Under the pieces are notes generated by a model. That model was given only the letters and a program-made list of their open reading frames with translations. It did not search any database and had not been told where the DNA came from. From positions 1 through 37,098 of the forward strand of contig DASPJI010000874.1 of the NCBI GenBank assembly GCA_035628695.1: a DNA stretch of 37,098 bases, read 5' to 3'. Origin of the DNA: Thermoanaerobaculia bacterium. Lineage in GTDB: Bacteria; Acidobacteriota; Thermoanaerobaculia; Multivoradales; UBA5704. Numbering within the stretch: the first letter of the stretch is position 1; every line of letters starts with the position of its first letter. Positions 16,996 through 27,409 of this stretch are shown here, in pieces. The translations under genes were made by a program, and so were the position numbers.

Positions 16996-18846
16996 CTACT
17001 CCGGAGCCGGAACGCTCTCGACCGCCTCCGAGGGCACCAGGTCCGGCCCCTCCTCCGGCGGATGGAGCTGGGCGAATACCCTGCGGCCCATGGCGGGGCC
17101 GAGGGCGCCCTGGAGATCCTCGGCGGAGGCGTTGCGGACCCCCTCGACGCTGCCGAAGGTCTGGATGAGGAGCTTCCTCCGCCGCGGGCCGATGCCGGAG
17201 AGGTCGTCGAGGCGGCTGTGGAGGGTGCGGGCGGAGCGGCGGCGGCGGTGCTTCGCGACGGCGAAGCGGTGGGCCTCGTCGCGGATCTGCTGCAGGAGCC
17301 GGAGGCCGGCGTCGTCGCGGCCGAGACGGAGCGGCTGGGGCGCGTCCGGCGTGTAGATCTCCTCCTCGCGCTTGGCCAGCGCGACGATGGGCGTCTCCTC
17401 CACCCCCAGCTCGGCGAGAGCGGCGAGGGCGGCGTTGAGCTGCCCCCGGCCGCCGTCGATCAGGATCAGGTCCGGCATCTCGCCGATCTCCTCGAGCTGG
17501 CGGCGATAGCGGCGCTCGACCGCCTGGCGCATGGAGGCGAAGTCGTCCGGCAGGGTGAGCCCCCGGATGTTGAAGCTCCGGTAGTCGCTCTTCTTCATCT
17601 TCCCCTCCTCCCAGACGACCATCGACGCCACCGTCTCGCCCCCCTGGAAGTGGGAGATGTCGAAGCCCTCGATCCGCCGCGGCGCCTCGGACAGCTCCAG
17701 GTGCCGCTCCAGTGCCGTCGCCCCCGGCGTCACCTGAATCCCCCGGAAGCGGCGCTTGTAGGCCAGCTCGGCGTTGTGCATCGCGAGGGACACCCGCTCC
17801 GCCTTGGGGCCGCGCGAGGGCATCCGGATGTAGACCCGCTCCCCCTTCTTCTCCGCCAGCCAGTCGCACAGCGCCTCCTCCCCCTCGATGGCCACCGGCA
17901 GGTGCACCTCCTTGGGGATGAAGGTCGTGCGGTCGTAGATCTGCGGCAGCACCTCGGACAGCAGCCGCTCCGGCGCGATGGCGCCGACCCCCTCCCAGAA
18001 CAGCTCCCGGCGGTCGAGGATCTGGCCGCCGCGCATGACCAGCACCGCCACGGCCGCGTGGCCGCCCGCCACGTGGACGCCGTAGACGTCGAGGTCCTCC
18101 CCCTCGACCGACGACAGCTTGCGCCGCTGGCTGACCGACTCCACCTCGGAAAGGGCGTCGCGGAGCTGTGCCGCCCGCTCGTAGTCCATCGACTCGGCGG
18201 CGTCCCACATCTCGCGCTTGAGCCGCTTGACGAGCTGGTCGTTCTTGCCCGCCAGGAAGAGCCGCGCCTGCTGCACCGCCTCGTCGTACGCCCCCTTGGT
18301 GGTCAGGCCGGCGACACAGGGGCCGAGGCAGCGGTGCATGTCGTAGTAGAGGCAGGGCCGGGGCAGCCGGCCGTCGATCTCGATCCGGCAGACCCGCACC
18401 TGGAAGAGCTTCTGGACCAGCTTGATCGCCTTGCGCGCCAGGCCGCCCGGGAGGAAGGGCCCGAAGTAGTCCGCCTTGTCGTTCGAGATGCGGCGGGTGA
18501 ACGCGAGGCGCGGGTACTCGTCGGCCGACGTCAGCTTGAGGTAGGGGTAGGTCTTGTCGTCGCGCAGCAGGACGTTGTAGCGCGGCCGGCGGTCCTTGAT
18601 CCAGTTGTTCTCGAGGAGGAGCGCCTCGGCCTCGGAGTCGGTGAGGACCGTGTCGATGTCCGCCGCCTCCGCGATCATGGCGGCGAGGCGGGTGTCCAGG
18701 TCGCGGTTCAGGTAGGAGGCGGTCCGCTTGCGCAGCGACTTCGCCTTGCCGACGTACAGGACCTTCCCCGCGGCATCCTTGAAGATGTAGATGCCCGGGC
18801 GGTCCGGCAGCTCCCGGATGCGCTCGACGACTCTCTCGTGGGCCAT
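16996..18846 (-). CDS. uvrC: Excinuclease ABC subunit C
   Basis: GIY-YIG N-terminus (PGIYIFKDAAGKVLYVGKA), UvrBC-interaction region, and a C-terminal HhH. 616 aa. Confidence 0.95.
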   Translation of the reverse strand: MAHERVVERIRELPDRPGIYIFKDAAGKVLYVGKAKSLRKRTASYLNRDLDTRLAAMIAEAADIDTVLTDSEAEALLLENNWIKDRRPRYNVLLRDDKTYPYLKLTSADEYPRLAFTRRISNDKADYFGPFLPGGLARKAIKLVQKLFQVRVCRIEIDGRLPRPCLYYDMHRCLGPCVAGLTTKGAYDEAVQQARLFLAGKNDQLVKRLKREMWDAAESMDYERAAQLRDALSEVESVSQRRKLSSVEGEDLDVYGVHVAGGHAAVAVLVMRGGQILDRRELFWEGVGAIAPERLLSEVLPQIYDRTTFIPKEVHLPVAIEGEEALCDWLAEKKGERVYIRMPSRGPKAERVSLAMHNAELAYKRRFRGIQVTPGATALERHLELSEAPRRIEGFDISHFQGGETVASMVVWEEGKMKKSDYRSFNIRGLTLPDDFASMRQAVERRYRRQLEEIGEMPDLILIDGGRGQLNAALAALAELGVEETPIVALAKREEEIYTPDAPQPLRLGRDDAGLRLLQQIRDEAHRFAVAKHRRRRSARTLHSRLDDLSGIGPRRRKLLIQTFGSVEGVRNASAEDLQGALGPAMGRRVFAQLHPPEEGPDLVPSEAVESVPAPE

Positions 18847-18862
18847 CTCGTCCGCGACCCGC

Positions 18863-20851
18863 CTAGCCGGCGTAGATCTGGATCTCCCGCAGCTCGCGGA
18901 TCTTGTCGCGGAGCTGCGCCGCCTCCTCGAACTCCAGGCGCTTGGCGGCGGCGCGCATCTCCTTCTCGAGCTTCGAGATGCGCTCGGTCAGCGGCTGGTC
19001 CTCGCCGTCGCCGCCCAGCAGCCGCTCGGGGCCGGGGGCGTAGAGGTCGAGGTTCTGCATCTGGACGAGCGGGTTGTGGATGTCCTTGAGGATGGTGGTG
19101 GGCTCGATCCCCATCCGCTCGTTGTACTCCTTCTGCTTGACCCGCCGGCGCTCGGTCTCATCGATCGCCCGGCGCATGGAGTCGGTCATGTGATCGGCAT
19201 AGAAGATGACGCGGCCGTTGACGTTGCGGGCGCCGCGGCCGGAGGTCTGGATCAGCGCCGTGGTGCTGCGCAGGAACCCCTCCTTGTCGGCGTCGAGGAT
19301 CGCCACCAGCGCCACCTCGGGCAGGTCGAGCCCCTCGCGCAGCAGGTTGATGCCCACCAGGACGTCGAAGTCCCCGCGCCGCAGGGCGGTGATGATCTCG
19401 ACGCGCTCCAGGGTCTCGACGTCGGAGTGCATGTAGCGCACCTTGATCCCCAGCTCCTCCAGGTACTGCGTCAGCTCCTCGGCCATGCGCTTGGTGAGCG
19501 TGGTCACCAGCACGCGCTGCTTGAGGTCGATCGACTTCTTGATCTCGCCGATGAGGTCGTCCACCTGCCCCTGGGCGGGGCGCACCTCGATCACCGGGTC
19601 GAGCAGGCCGGTGGGGCGGATCACCTGCTCGGAGATCAGGCCGCCGGTGCGCTGCAGCTCCCAGTCCGCCGGGGTGGCCGAGACGTAGATCCGCTGCCCC
19701 ATGCGCGCGTCCCACTCCTCGAAGTTGAGCGGCCGGTTGTCCAGCGCCGAGGGGAGCCGGAAGCCGAAGTCGACCAGCGTCTGCTTGCGCGACCGGTCGC
19801 CGTGGTACATGCCGCGCACCTGCGGGATGGTCTGGTGGCTCTCGTCGACCACCAGCAGGAAGTCGTCCGGGAAGTAGTCGAACAGGGTCGGCGGCGGCTC
19901 TCCGGGGGCGCGGCCGGAGAGGTGGCGCGAGTAGTTCTCGATGCCGTGGCAGTAGCCGAGCTCCTTGAGCATCTCGAGGTCGAAGCGGGTGCGCTGCTCC
20001 AGGCGCTGGCGCTCCAGGTACTTGCCCTCGGCCTCCAGCAGGTCCAGGCGCTCCCGCAGCTCGGCCTTGATCCCCTCGATCGCCCGCTCCATCCGGTCCT
20101 TGGGCGTGACGTAGTGGGTCTTGGGGTAGACGGCGATGCGGTCCACCTCCTGGACGGCTTCGCCGCGCAGCACGTCGAAGCGGCTGATGCGCTCGATCTC
20201 GTCGCCGAAGTACTCGACGCGGATGCCCAGCTCCTCGTAGGCGGGGAGGATCTCGAGCACGTCGCCGCGCACCCGGAAGGCGCCGTGATAGAGGTCGAGC
20301 TGGGTGCGCTGGTACTGCATGTCGGCCAGGCGGCGCAGCGCCACGTCCATGCCGTCGTTGCTGCCGACGCTGAAGAACTGGAGCATGCCGAAGAAGGCCT
20401 CCGGCGAGCCGAGGCCGTAGATGCAGGAGACGGAGGCGACGATGATCACGTCCCGGCGCTCGAACAGCGACTTGGTGGCGCGCAGGCGGAGCCGGTCGAT
20501 CTCCTCGTTGATGCTGGTCTCCTTCTCGATGTACGTGTCCGAGGCCGGTACGTACGCCTCCGGCTGGTAGTAGTCGTAGTAGGAGACGAAGTACTCGACG
20601 GCGTTGTGGGGGAAGAAGCTGCGGAACTCCTGGAAGAGCTGCGCGGCGAGGATCTTGTTGTGGGAGAGGACCAGGGTGGGACGGTTCACCGCCTCGATGA
20701 CCTTGGCGATTGTGAACGTCTTGCCGGACCCGGTGACGCCGAGGAGGACCTGCTCCCGGTCCCCCCGCATCACGCCTTCGGCGAGCTGCTGGATGGCGTC
20801 GGGTTGATCCCCCTGGGGCGTGAAGCGCGAGACGAGCTGGAAACCTGCCAT
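18863..20851 (-). CDS. uvrB: Excinuclease ABC subunit B
   Basis: [20 protein letters not shown]...GVTGSGKTF, helicase motifs, and a C-terminal UVR domain ([12 protein letters not shown]). The 897-aa track ORF was trimmed to ATG 20851 (662 aa). Confidence 0.95.
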   Translation of the reverse strand: MAGFQLVSRFTPQGDQPDAIQQLAEGVMRGDREQVLLGVTGSGKTFTIAKVIEAVNRPTLVLSHNKILAAQLFQEFRSFFPHNAVEYFVSYYDYYQPEAYVPASDTYIEKETSINEEIDRLRLRATKSLFERRDVIIVASVSCIYGLGSPEAFFGMLQFFSVGSNDGMDVALRRLADMQYQRTQLDLYHGAFRVRGDVLEILPAYEELGIRVEYFGDEIERISRFDVLRGEAVQEVDRIAVYPKTHYVTPKDRMERAIEGIKAELRERLDLLEAEGKYLERQRLEQRTRFDLEMLKELGYCHGIENYSRHLSGRAPGEPPPTLFDYFPDDFLLVVDESHQTIPQVRGMYHGDRSRKQTLVDFGFRLPSALDNRPLNFEEWDARMGQRIYVSATPADWELQRTGGLISEQVIRPTGLLDPVIEVRPAQGQVDDLIGEIKKSIDLKQRVLVTTLTKRMAEELTQYLEELGIKVRYMHSDVETLERVEIITALRRGDFDVLVGINLLREGLDLPEVALVAILDADKEGFLRSTTALIQTSGRGARNVNGRVIFYADHMTDSMRRAIDETERRRVKQKEYNERMGIEPTTILKDIHNPLVQMQNLDLYAPGPERLLGGDGEDQPLTERISKLEKEMRAAAKRLEFEEAAQLRDKIRELREIQIYAG

Positions 20852-20896
20852 GGCAGGATTGTAAACCGCGCGGCAAGGGGCGTCTGTTCCCCGGCC

Positions 20897-20996
20897 GGCC
20901 GTGGGCTGGCCTGTCCTGCTCGGCTCCTTCGTGTGCGCTCCCCCCTCCCCTCCGCCCGCTGCCAGTCGCCTGCGCCGGACAGGCCAGCCCACGGCC
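20897..20996. repeat. Perfect 20-bp inverted repeat pair separated by 60 bp
   Basis: GGCCGTGGGCTGGCCTGTCC at 20897-20916 and its exact reverse complement GGACAGGCCAGCCCACGGCC at 20977-20996. A C-rich spacer lies between them. Confidence 0.85.
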
Positions 20997-21006
20997 TCCG
21001 CCCCGC

Positions 21007-21498
21007 TCAGCTCGTAGCCCGGCCTCCCGAGCCGGTGGGCTCGCCGCGGGCCAGCCGTTCCAGGAGCTCGGTCAGATCCTGCACGTCCTGGCGGGTCATG
21101 TTCCCCGCCTTGCGCGAGTACGGGAAGAGCTGCATGTTGAACTCCTGGAGCTCCTCGGGGCTGGGCCGTCCCGACTGGATCGCCTCCTTGGCGCCGGCGA
21201 ACGCCGCCTGGAGGCGCGCCTTCTCCTCCGCGGTCACCCCCGGGGGGAGCTGCTGCATCAACCCGGTCTCCAGTTGGCTCAACGAGAGGTTCATCATCTT
21301 GTTGAGGACGTCCGGATTGTTGGCGACATACCAGATGCCGCCGAGGAGGACGATGGCGCCGAGGAGCAGGGCGGCCACGCAGCCGATGACCACCGGCTTG
21401 CCGCAGCCGCCGCGCGACGGCACGGGCTCGACCGGCCGGGGCTGGAACGGCGAGACCGGCGGTGGGGGGGGTGGGATGCTGCCCGGTTCCGACATCAA
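21007..21498 (-). CDS. Hypothetical membrane-anchored protein
   Basis: 163 aa with a Pro-rich N-terminus, one TM ([23 protein letters not shown]), then a helical soluble domain. No family recognised. Confidence 0.6.
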   Translation of the reverse strand: MMSEPGSIPPPPPPVSPFQPRPVEPVPSRGGCGKPVVIGCVAALLLGAIVLLGGIWYVANNPDVLNKMMNLSLSQLETGLMQQLPPGVTAEEKARLQAAFAGAKEAIQSGRPSPEELQEFNMQLFPYSRKAGNMTRQDVQDLTELLERLARGEPTGSGGRATS

Positions 21499-21585
21499 GG
21501 CCCTCCGTGAGAGTTCGCCACCTTTCTATCACCGGCCGGCAGGGCGCCACAAGCACGGCCTCCGGGAGGCCTCTATAATGGCGGG

Positions 21586-24177
21586 GTGAACTACGATCCG
21601 CTGCCCGAAGAACGCCGTCCCCCCTCCGCTCCTCCGACCCGCCGTCCGCCCCGGCGGCCCCGGCCGCGGCTGGTGCGCTGGGCCTGGCCGCTCCTCGTCG
21701 CCCTGCTCTTCGGGGCGGTGAGCGGCGTCGCCGTGGCCGCCGCCATCCACATGCCGCAGGTGGACACCCTCGTCGACTGGCAGCCGAACCTGGTGACCCA
21801 CTTCTACGACCGGAACGGCCAGGTCTTCGCCAACTTCTCCCGCGAGCGGCGGGTGGTCCTCAAGCTCGAGGAGATCTCCCCGATCATGCGGCAGGCGGTC
21901 CTCGCCTCCGAGGACGCCAATTTCTTCCAGCACGGCGGCGTCGACCTGCAGGGCGTTGCCCGCGCCGCCGTCGCGGACCTGCGCCACGGCCGGATCGTGG
22001 AGGGCGCCTCCACCATCACCATGCAGCTCGCCCGCATGCTCTTCCTCTCCCGCGAACGCACCTGGCGCCGCAAGGTCGAGGAGGCGTTCACCGCGGTCGA
22101 GCTCGAGAAGAGCTACAGCAAGGAGCAGATCCTCACCCTGTACCTCAACCTGGTGAACCTGGGGCACGGCAACTATGGCGTCGAGGCCGCCTCGCGCTAC
22201 TACTTCAGCAAGCCGGCCAAGGAGCTGACGCTCACCGAGGCCGCGATGCTCGCGGGCATCCTCCCCCTGCCCAGCCGCTACAGCCCCTACCGCCAGCCCG
22301 AGGTGGTGCTCAGCCAGCGCGACCGGGTCCTGCGGCGGATGTACGAGGAGCGCTACATCACCCGGCAGCAGTACGAGCAGGCGGTGGCCAAGCGGGACCT
22401 GGGTGTGACCACGCAGCAGGGCGAGGAGGAGCAGTTCGCCCCCTACTTCGCGGAGGACATCCGCAAGTACATCGAGACCAAGTACGGCGCCAACACCCTC
22501 TACGAGTCGGGGCTCCGGGTCACCACCACGCTCGACCCGCAGATCCAGAAGGACACCGAGGAGGGGGTGCGGGCGGCGCTGCTGCGCCTCGATCACCGCC
22601 GCGGCTGGCGCGGCGCCGTCGCCCACCTGGAGGCGGCGGACCTCGAAGCCGAGCGGCTCCCCACCTGGGGCCGCGGCAAGCCGGTTCCCGGCCGCTGGTA
22701 CCAGGGGATCGTGCTGGAGGCCGACGCCACCGCCCAGGTCAAGATCGGCGACGAGGTCTACACCCTCGACAAGCAGGGGATCGCCTGGACCAACCGCTCG
22801 TCGCCCGGAGCGATCCTCAAGCGCGGCGACGTCGCCTGGTTCCGGCTCGAGGTGCCGGCGCCGAAGAAGGACGCCAAGAAGGACGGCCAGGAGCCGGCGC
22901 CGGCCGGCGAGCCGAAGCTGATGCTGGAGCAGGAGCCGCGGATGGAGGGCGCGGCGGTCGTCATCGAGTCGAACACCGGCGCCATCCGCGCCATGGTCGG
23001 CGGCTGGGACTTCGACCGCAACAAGTTCAACCGCGTCACCCAGGCGAAGCGCCAGGTCGGCTCGGCGTTCAAGCCCCTGGTCTTCGGCGCCGCGCTGGAG
23101 GCCGGCTGGACGCCGTCCGACACCCTGCTCGACGCCCCCACCTCCTTCCGGGGGGGCGACGGCCGGCTGAGCTACCGGCCCGAGAACTATTACAAAAAGC
23201 ATTACGGCATCGTCACCCTGCGGCGCGCCCTCGAGCAGTCGATCAACGTGCCGGCGGTCAAGCTGTTCGACCTGGTCGGCGGCAAGAAGGTGGTGGACTT
23301 CGCGCGGCGCTGCGGCATCAAGACGAATATCCCCACCTGGCCCAGCGTCGCCCTGGGGTCGACCGACCTGATCCCGCTGGAGCTCGCCGCCGCCTTCGCC
23401 ACCGTCGCCAACCAGGGGGTCCACATCGAGCCCTACATGAGGGAGAAGGTGGTGACGGCCGACGGCCAGATCCTGGAGCAGCACTTCCCCGCCTCCTACA
23501 CCGCCATGGACCCGAACGTGGCGTACGTGCTGACCCACATGATGGAGGGGGTCATCGACCGGGGCACCGCCTTCGAGCTCAAGAGCCTCCCCATCGACAT
23601 CGCGGGCAAGACCGGCACCACGGACGACTTCTCGGACGCCTGGTTCGTCGCCTATACCCCTCGCTATACGATCCTCACCTGGGTCGGCCACGACGTGAAG
23701 AAGTCGCTCGGCTCGGGCATGAGCGGCGCCATCGCCGCCCTGCCGATGTGGAAGAGGATCGCCGAGGCCGGTCTCGAGAGCGGGTGGATCAAGGAGGGGG
23801 AGAAGTTCCCGGTGCCGGCGGGCGTGACCTTCCGCGAGACCGAGTACTACTCCGGCCTGCTCAAGGCGTCGGCCGGCGCGCCCGCTCCGAGTACCGCTGC
23901 CGGCGACCGGGGCCTGCAGGAGGCCTTCGTCGCCGGTACCGAGCCTGCCCGCGAGCACAGCTCCAAGTGGTCGACCATCACCAGCCTCCCCTGGTACCAG
24001 CAGAAGCAGTTCTACATCCCCAAGGCGGGCGAGAACATGCCGGGCCAGAAACCGGAGGACGCGGCGGCCGGCCAGCCGCCCCCTGCCGAGGGAGACACCG
24101 CGCCGCAGCCCGGCGCGCCACAGGAAGACCCCGGCCCGCAGGAGCAGCCGGCGGAGCCGCCGCCACCGGGGAGATGA
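21586..24177 (+). CDS. mrcA: Penicillin-binding protein 1A (bifunctional glycosyltransferase/transpeptidase)
   Basis: GT51 motifs [12 protein letters not shown] and GASTITMQL. Transpeptidase motifs SAFKP, SIN and KTGT. GTG start; an internal GTG about 28 codons later is also possible. Confidence 0.9.
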   Translation: MNYDPLPEERRPPSAPPTRRPPRRPRPRLVRWAWPLLVALLFGAVSGVAVAAAIHMPQVDTLVDWQPNLVTHFYDRNGQVFANFSRERRVVLKLEEISPIMRQAVLASEDANFFQHGGVDLQGVARAAVADLRHGRIVEGASTITMQLARMLFLSRERTWRRKVEEAFTAVELEKSYSKEQILTLYLNLVNLGHGNYGVEAASRYYFSKPAKELTLTEAAMLAGILPLPSRYSPYRQPEVVLSQRDRVLRRMYEERYITRQQYEQAVAKRDLGVTTQQGEEEQFAPYFAEDIRKYIETKYGANTLYESGLRVTTTLDPQIQKDTEEGVRAALLRLDHRRGWRGAVAHLEAADLEAERLPTWGRGKPVPGRWYQGIVLEADATAQVKIGDEVYTLDKQGIAWTNRSSPGAILKRGDVAWFRLEVPAPKKDAKKDGQEPAPAGEPKLMLEQEPRMEGAAVVIESNTGAIRAMVGGWDFDRNKFNRVTQAKRQVGSAFKPLVFGAALEAGWTPSDTLLDAPTSFRGGDGRLSYRPENYYKKHYGIVTLRRALEQSINVPAVKLFDLVGGKKVVDFARRCGIKTNIPTWPSVALGSTDLIPLELAAAFATVANQGVHIEPYMREKVVTADGQILEQHFPASYTAMDPNVAYVLTHMMEGVIDRGTAFELKSLPIDIAGKTGTTDDFSDAWFVAYTPRYTILTWVGHDVKKSLGSGMSGAIAALPMWKRIAEAGLESGWIKEGEKFPVPAGVTFRETEYYSGLLKASAGAPAPSTAAGDRGLQEAFVAGTEPAREHSSKWSTITSLPWYQQKQFYIPKAGENMPGQKPEDAAAGQPPPAEGDTAPQPGAPQEDPGPQEQPAEPPPPGR

Positions 24178-24195
24178 GAGTAGGGGTGGGTGAGG

Positions 24196-24215
24196 AGCCG
24201 GAGGCTACTCCGGCT
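24196..24215. terminator. Hairpin AGCCGGAG-GCTA-CTCCGGCT between convergent mrcA and the methyltransferase gene
   Basis: 8-bp perfect stem with a 4-nt loop. It overlaps the methyltransferase stop codon. No U tract. Confidence 0.3.
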
Positions 24216-25464
24216 TCGTCCCCACCATCCCGTAGTCCTGGAAGCCGAACAACAGCTCGTCGATCCGGTCGCGCAGGCGGTTGACGCGGTCGGCGAGGAG
24301 GCGCTGCTCTTCGGGGAGATGGGCGAGGTCGATCTCCGGCAGCCGCTCGGCGCCGGGGAACGGGCGCAGGTCGAGGCGCTCGATGGGGTCGAAGCCGGCC
24401 AGGTCGTAGAGGAGCTTCAAGCTCTCGGGATGGACCGGCCGCTGGTGGGTGGGGTCGAGCCAGAAGTTGCGCGCCGCCACCACCAGGGAGAGCGGGTTCG
24501 GCGTCTCCAGGATCAGCACGCCGCCGGGAGCCAGGGCCCGCCAGGCGAGGTGCACCAGCCGCCCCAGCATCGGGCCGGGCAGGTGCTCGATGACGTGGAA
24601 CGAGACCACGCCGCCGAGGCTCCCCGCGGGCACCGCCGCCAGCGTCTCGAAGAGGTCCCCTTCGGCCGCGTCCAGGCCGCGCTCGCGGCAGACGGATACC
24701 ATGCGGGCGCTGCTGTCCACGCCGCGGGCCGCGATCCCCTCGTCGCGCAAGAGGGCCAGCGACTCGCCGCGGCCACAGCCCAGGTCCAGCACCGGCCCTC
24801 GCTCCCGCACCGCCCGCAGATACGGCAGGTAGCGCGAGATCCGCTCGCGGATCTCCTCCTCCGTCCCGCGGTAGCGCCGCTCGAGGACGAAGTAGCCGTG
24901 CTCCTCGTGCGCCCGGGCCACGGTGTCGGGCGAGGGAACCGGAGCGGGAGACGTCTGCTCCCCGCTGGCCGGCGTCCCGGTCGTCTCAGCGATGGCCACG
25001 GCGGCGCTGAGGCTGCCCAGGAGGTCCCGGGCCTCGCGGCGGTAGCGGTCCACCTTCTGGTCGAGGCGGGCGAAGACGGCGTCGTTGTGCCGCATGATCT
25101 CGCGGATGCCGGTCGCCCCCAGCTCCTCCAGGTATTCGAGACGGGCGTCGTAGCGCCGGCCGGCCAGCTCCTCCCTCTCGTCGTGGTGGAGCTCCTCGCG
25201 CTTCCTGAGGTATTCGAGCAGGATCAGGTTGAAGGTCCGCTGCCGCTCCCAGAGGTCGTTCTGGGGGACCTTGACCAGCGGGCGGAGGAGGCGCTTCCAG
25301 AGGACCAGGAGGCGCCCGGCGATGCCGCGATGGCTGCGGACGGGGAACTCATGGTCCCCCTTCCACAGCCACCGCCAGTCATCGAGATTGCGGGTGGGTT
25401 CGACGAGGAAATCGTCGATCGTGGGTGCCGGGCGCTCGGTAACTCCCCTGTCGTCGGCCGCCAT
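24205..25464 (-). CDS. Class I SAM-dependent methyltransferase with a long N-terminal helical region
   Basis: Motif I VLDLGCGRGE, then a Rossmann-like body (VVSFHVIEHL, GGVLILETPNP). Confidence 0.8.
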   Translation of the reverse strand: MAADDRGVTERPAPTIDDFLVEPTRNLDDWRWLWKGDHEFPVRSHRGIAGRLLVLWKRLLRPLVKVPQNDLWERQRTFNLILLEYLRKREELHHDEREELAGRRYDARLEYLEELGATGIREIMRHNDAVFARLDQKVDRYRREARDLLGSLSAAVAIAETTGTPASGEQTSPAPVPSPDTVARAHEEHGYFVLERRYRGTEEEIRERISRYLPYLRAVRERGPVLDLGCGRGESLALLRDEGIAARGVDSSARMVSVCRERGLDAAEGDLFETLAAVPAGSLGGVVSFHVIEHLPGPMLGRLVHLAWRALAPGGVLILETPNPLSLVVAARNFWLDPTHQRPVHPESLKLLYDLAGFDPIERLDLRPFPGAERLPEIDLAHLPEEQRLLADRVNRLRDRIDELLFGFQDYGMVGTKPE

Positions 25465-25504
25465 GGCTCTCTCCGCAGGGGTCGTCCCCGGGCGCCCCGG
25501 GTGT

Positions 25505-25951
25505 CTAGTCTTCGCGCACCACCGAGACGGTCACTTCGGCGACCACCTCGGGATGCAGCTCGACGCGGACGGAATGATCCCCGAGGGTCTTGATGCCCCC
25601 CTCGAGGTCGATGCGCCGGCGGTCGACGGTGAAGCCCTTGCTCTCGAGGAGCTCCGCGACGTCGCCCGCGGTGACCGAGCCATAGAGGGTGTCGGTCTCG
25701 CCGACCCGCTTGGGGATCTCGAGGCGCAGCCCGCCCAGCTTGGCGGCGATCTCCGCCGCGGCGTCACGCTCCTTGGCGTGCCGGGCGTCGATCTTGGAGC
25801 GCTGCTGCTCGAAGTACTTGATGTTGCCCGGCGTCGCTTCGAGGGCGAAGCCCTGGGGCAGGAGGAAGTTCCGGCCATAGCCCGGCTTGACCTCCACCAC
25901 CTCGCCGCGACGGCCGAGATGCCGCTGATCGCTCAACAGGATGACTCTCAT
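25505..25951 (-). CDS. rplI: 50S ribosomal protein L9
   Basis: MRVILLSDQRHLGRRGEVVEVKPGYGRNFLLPQGFA. Confidence 0.95.
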   Translation of the reverse strand: MRVILLSDQRHLGRRGEVVEVKPGYGRNFLLPQGFALEATPGNIKYFEQQRSKIDARHAKERDAAAEIAAKLGGLRLEIPKRVGETDTLYGSVTAGDVAELLESKGFTVDRRRIDLEGGIKTLGDHSVRVELHPEVVAEVTVSVVRED

Positions 25952-25961
25952 CGCCGCTCTC

Positions 25962-26201
25962 CTAGTCCGTGGTGAACGGGATCAGCGCCAGATGGCGAGC
26001 CCGCTTGATCGCCGCCTGGAGAGGCCGCTGGTGAACCGCGCAGGTGCCGGAGATGCGCCGCGGCAGGATCTTCGAGCGCTCCGGGATGAACTGCTGCAGA
26101 AGCTTGACGTCTTTGTAATCGATGTAGTCGATCTTGTCGGCGCAGAACTTACAGACCTTGCGCCGGCGGAAGAATACCTTCTTGGGCCGTCCCATGGTCA
26201 A
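25962..26201 (-). CDS. rpsR: 30S ribosomal protein S18
   Basis: [57 protein letters not shown]. Confidence 0.95.
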   Translation of the reverse strand: MTMGRPKKVFFRRRKVCKFCADKIDYIDYKDVKLLQQFIPERSKILPRRISGTCAVHQRPLQAAIKRARHLALIPFTTD

Positions 26202-26608
26202 ACCTCCTCCTCGTCGTCAACGTCGGAGTTACCGGGGCCGTCCACCGGCTCGGTGGAGCCGGCCGAGGAACCGCCGGCGGACGCCGGACGCTTCCGGCGG
26301 GCGGCGCGCTTGAGGTCCTCGTCCGTGCGCACCGTCAGGTAGCGCAGGATCTTGTCGTTCTGCCGCATCCGGTGCTCGACCTCGGCAAGGCTCGTCTTGC
26401 CATCCTGGCTCGTGATGTTGAGCAGGACGTACTTGCCTTCGTTGATCTTGTTGATCGGGTAGGCGAGCTTGCGCCGTCCCCAGTTTTCCTCGCTGGTGAT
26501 CTCGGAGCCACCGGCGGTGATCATGGTCTTGTAGTCGTTGGTCAGGGTGACCACGTCTTCGTCCGACACACGAGGGTCGACGACGAAGATCAGCTCATAC
26601 GTGCGCAT
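26198..26608 (-). CDS. rpsF: 30S ribosomal protein S6 (acidic/Gly-rich C-terminal tail)
   Basis: [12 protein letters not shown]...[14 protein letters not shown] overlap with rpsR. Confidence 0.95.
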   Translation of the reverse strand: MRTYELIFVVDPRVSDEDVVTLTNDYKTMITAGGSEITSEENWGRRKLAYPINKINEGKYVLLNITSQDGKTSLAEVEHRMRQNDKILRYLTVRTDEDLKRAARRKRPASAGGSSAGSTEPVDGPGNSDVDDEEEV

Positions 26609-26716
26609 GGGTGGTTGACTTCCTCCCTATGGCCTGGGTCGGTCCCGCTCTAGACGGAACAGAGAGGTGAATGATTCGCGGCGCCGGCTGACCCGGGCCG
26701 CGGGTGCAAGGACAGA

Positions 26717-26745
26717 GAATTATGCACGGAACCGGGGAAAGCGCA
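26717..26745 (-). promoter_or_regulatory. Candidate promoter of rpsF-rpsR-rplI: TTGCGC-17 bp-ATAATT
   Basis: On the minus strand, TTGCGC is at 26745-26740 and (C)ATAATT at 26723-26717, just downstream of the pth stop. Confidence 0.35.
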
Positions 26746-26765
26746 AGCCCCCCTCAGTCGGCCAG

Positions 26766-27362
26766 TCAGCCGTTGAACTTCCCCATCGCCGCCTCGGCTC
26801 CCTCGCGCAGCCAGCAGTCGCAGGCGTCGGCGGCGCGGCGGATCATCGCCTCGGCCGTCTCCCGCTCTTCCGGCGCGAAGGGGCCAAGGACAAACTCCAC
26901 CAGCGCGTCGCCGCCCGGGGGCGGGCCGCCGGGACCGGCGACGCCGAGGCGCAGGCGCGGCACCTGGTCGGTGCGCAGGTTCTCTAGGATCGACTCCAGG
27001 CCGCGGTGGCCGGCCGGGCTCCCCGACTTGCGCAGGCGCAGCTTGCCGAGCGGCAGGTTGACCTCGTCGTAGACCACCAGGACCGACGTCGGCTCGAGCT
27101 CCCGCCGCTCGACGAAGCAGCGGGCGGCGTAGCCGCTCCGGTTCATGTAGGTCTGGGGCATGGCCAGGAGGACCGGCGCGCCCCCCTCCTCCGCCGGCAC
27201 CTCGGCGATTTCAGCGATGAGGGAGTTGCACTCCAGCCGGTCGACGCGCACACCCCGGCGGCGCGCCAGCTCCTCGATCACCCGGAAGCCGACGTTGTGC
27301 CGGGTGTCGGAGTAGCGCTCGCCGGGATTGCCCAGCCCGAGGATGAGCCTGATGTCCGCCAA
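26766..27362 (-). CDS. pth: Peptidyl-tRNA hydrolase
   Basis: LILGLGNPGERYSDTRHNVGF and MPQTYMNRSG. Confidence 0.95.
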   Translation of the reverse strand: MADIRLILGLGNPGERYSDTRHNVGFRVIEELARRRGVRVDRLECNSLIAEIAEVPAEEGGAPVLLAMPQTYMNRSGYAARCFVERRELEPTSVLVVYDEVNLPLGKLRLRKSGSPAGHRGLESILENLRTDQVPRLRLGVAGPGGPPPGGDALVEFVLGPFAPEERETAEAMIRRAADACDCWLREGAEAAMGKFNG

Positions 27363-27409
27363 GGGCGCCTGAAGGGGAAGCGCCGCCCCGGGGTCTCCCC
27401 CGGAGGCGA

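Noticed and set aside
20844-20857. 14-bp palindrome CCTGCCATGGCAGG centred on the uvrB start codon as a regulatory hairpin
   Set aside because: The stem is only 5 bp around a 4-nt loop, and it is largely explained by the codons ATG GCA GG next to CCTGCC. That is too weak to call.
16982-23958. Long shadow ORFs 16982-18208(-), 17062-19089(+), 18791-21589(+), 19158-20876(-), 21529-23958(-)
   Set aside because: They are alternative frames or antisense to uvrC, uvrB and mrcA, all of which carry unambiguous catalytic motifs in the accepted frames.
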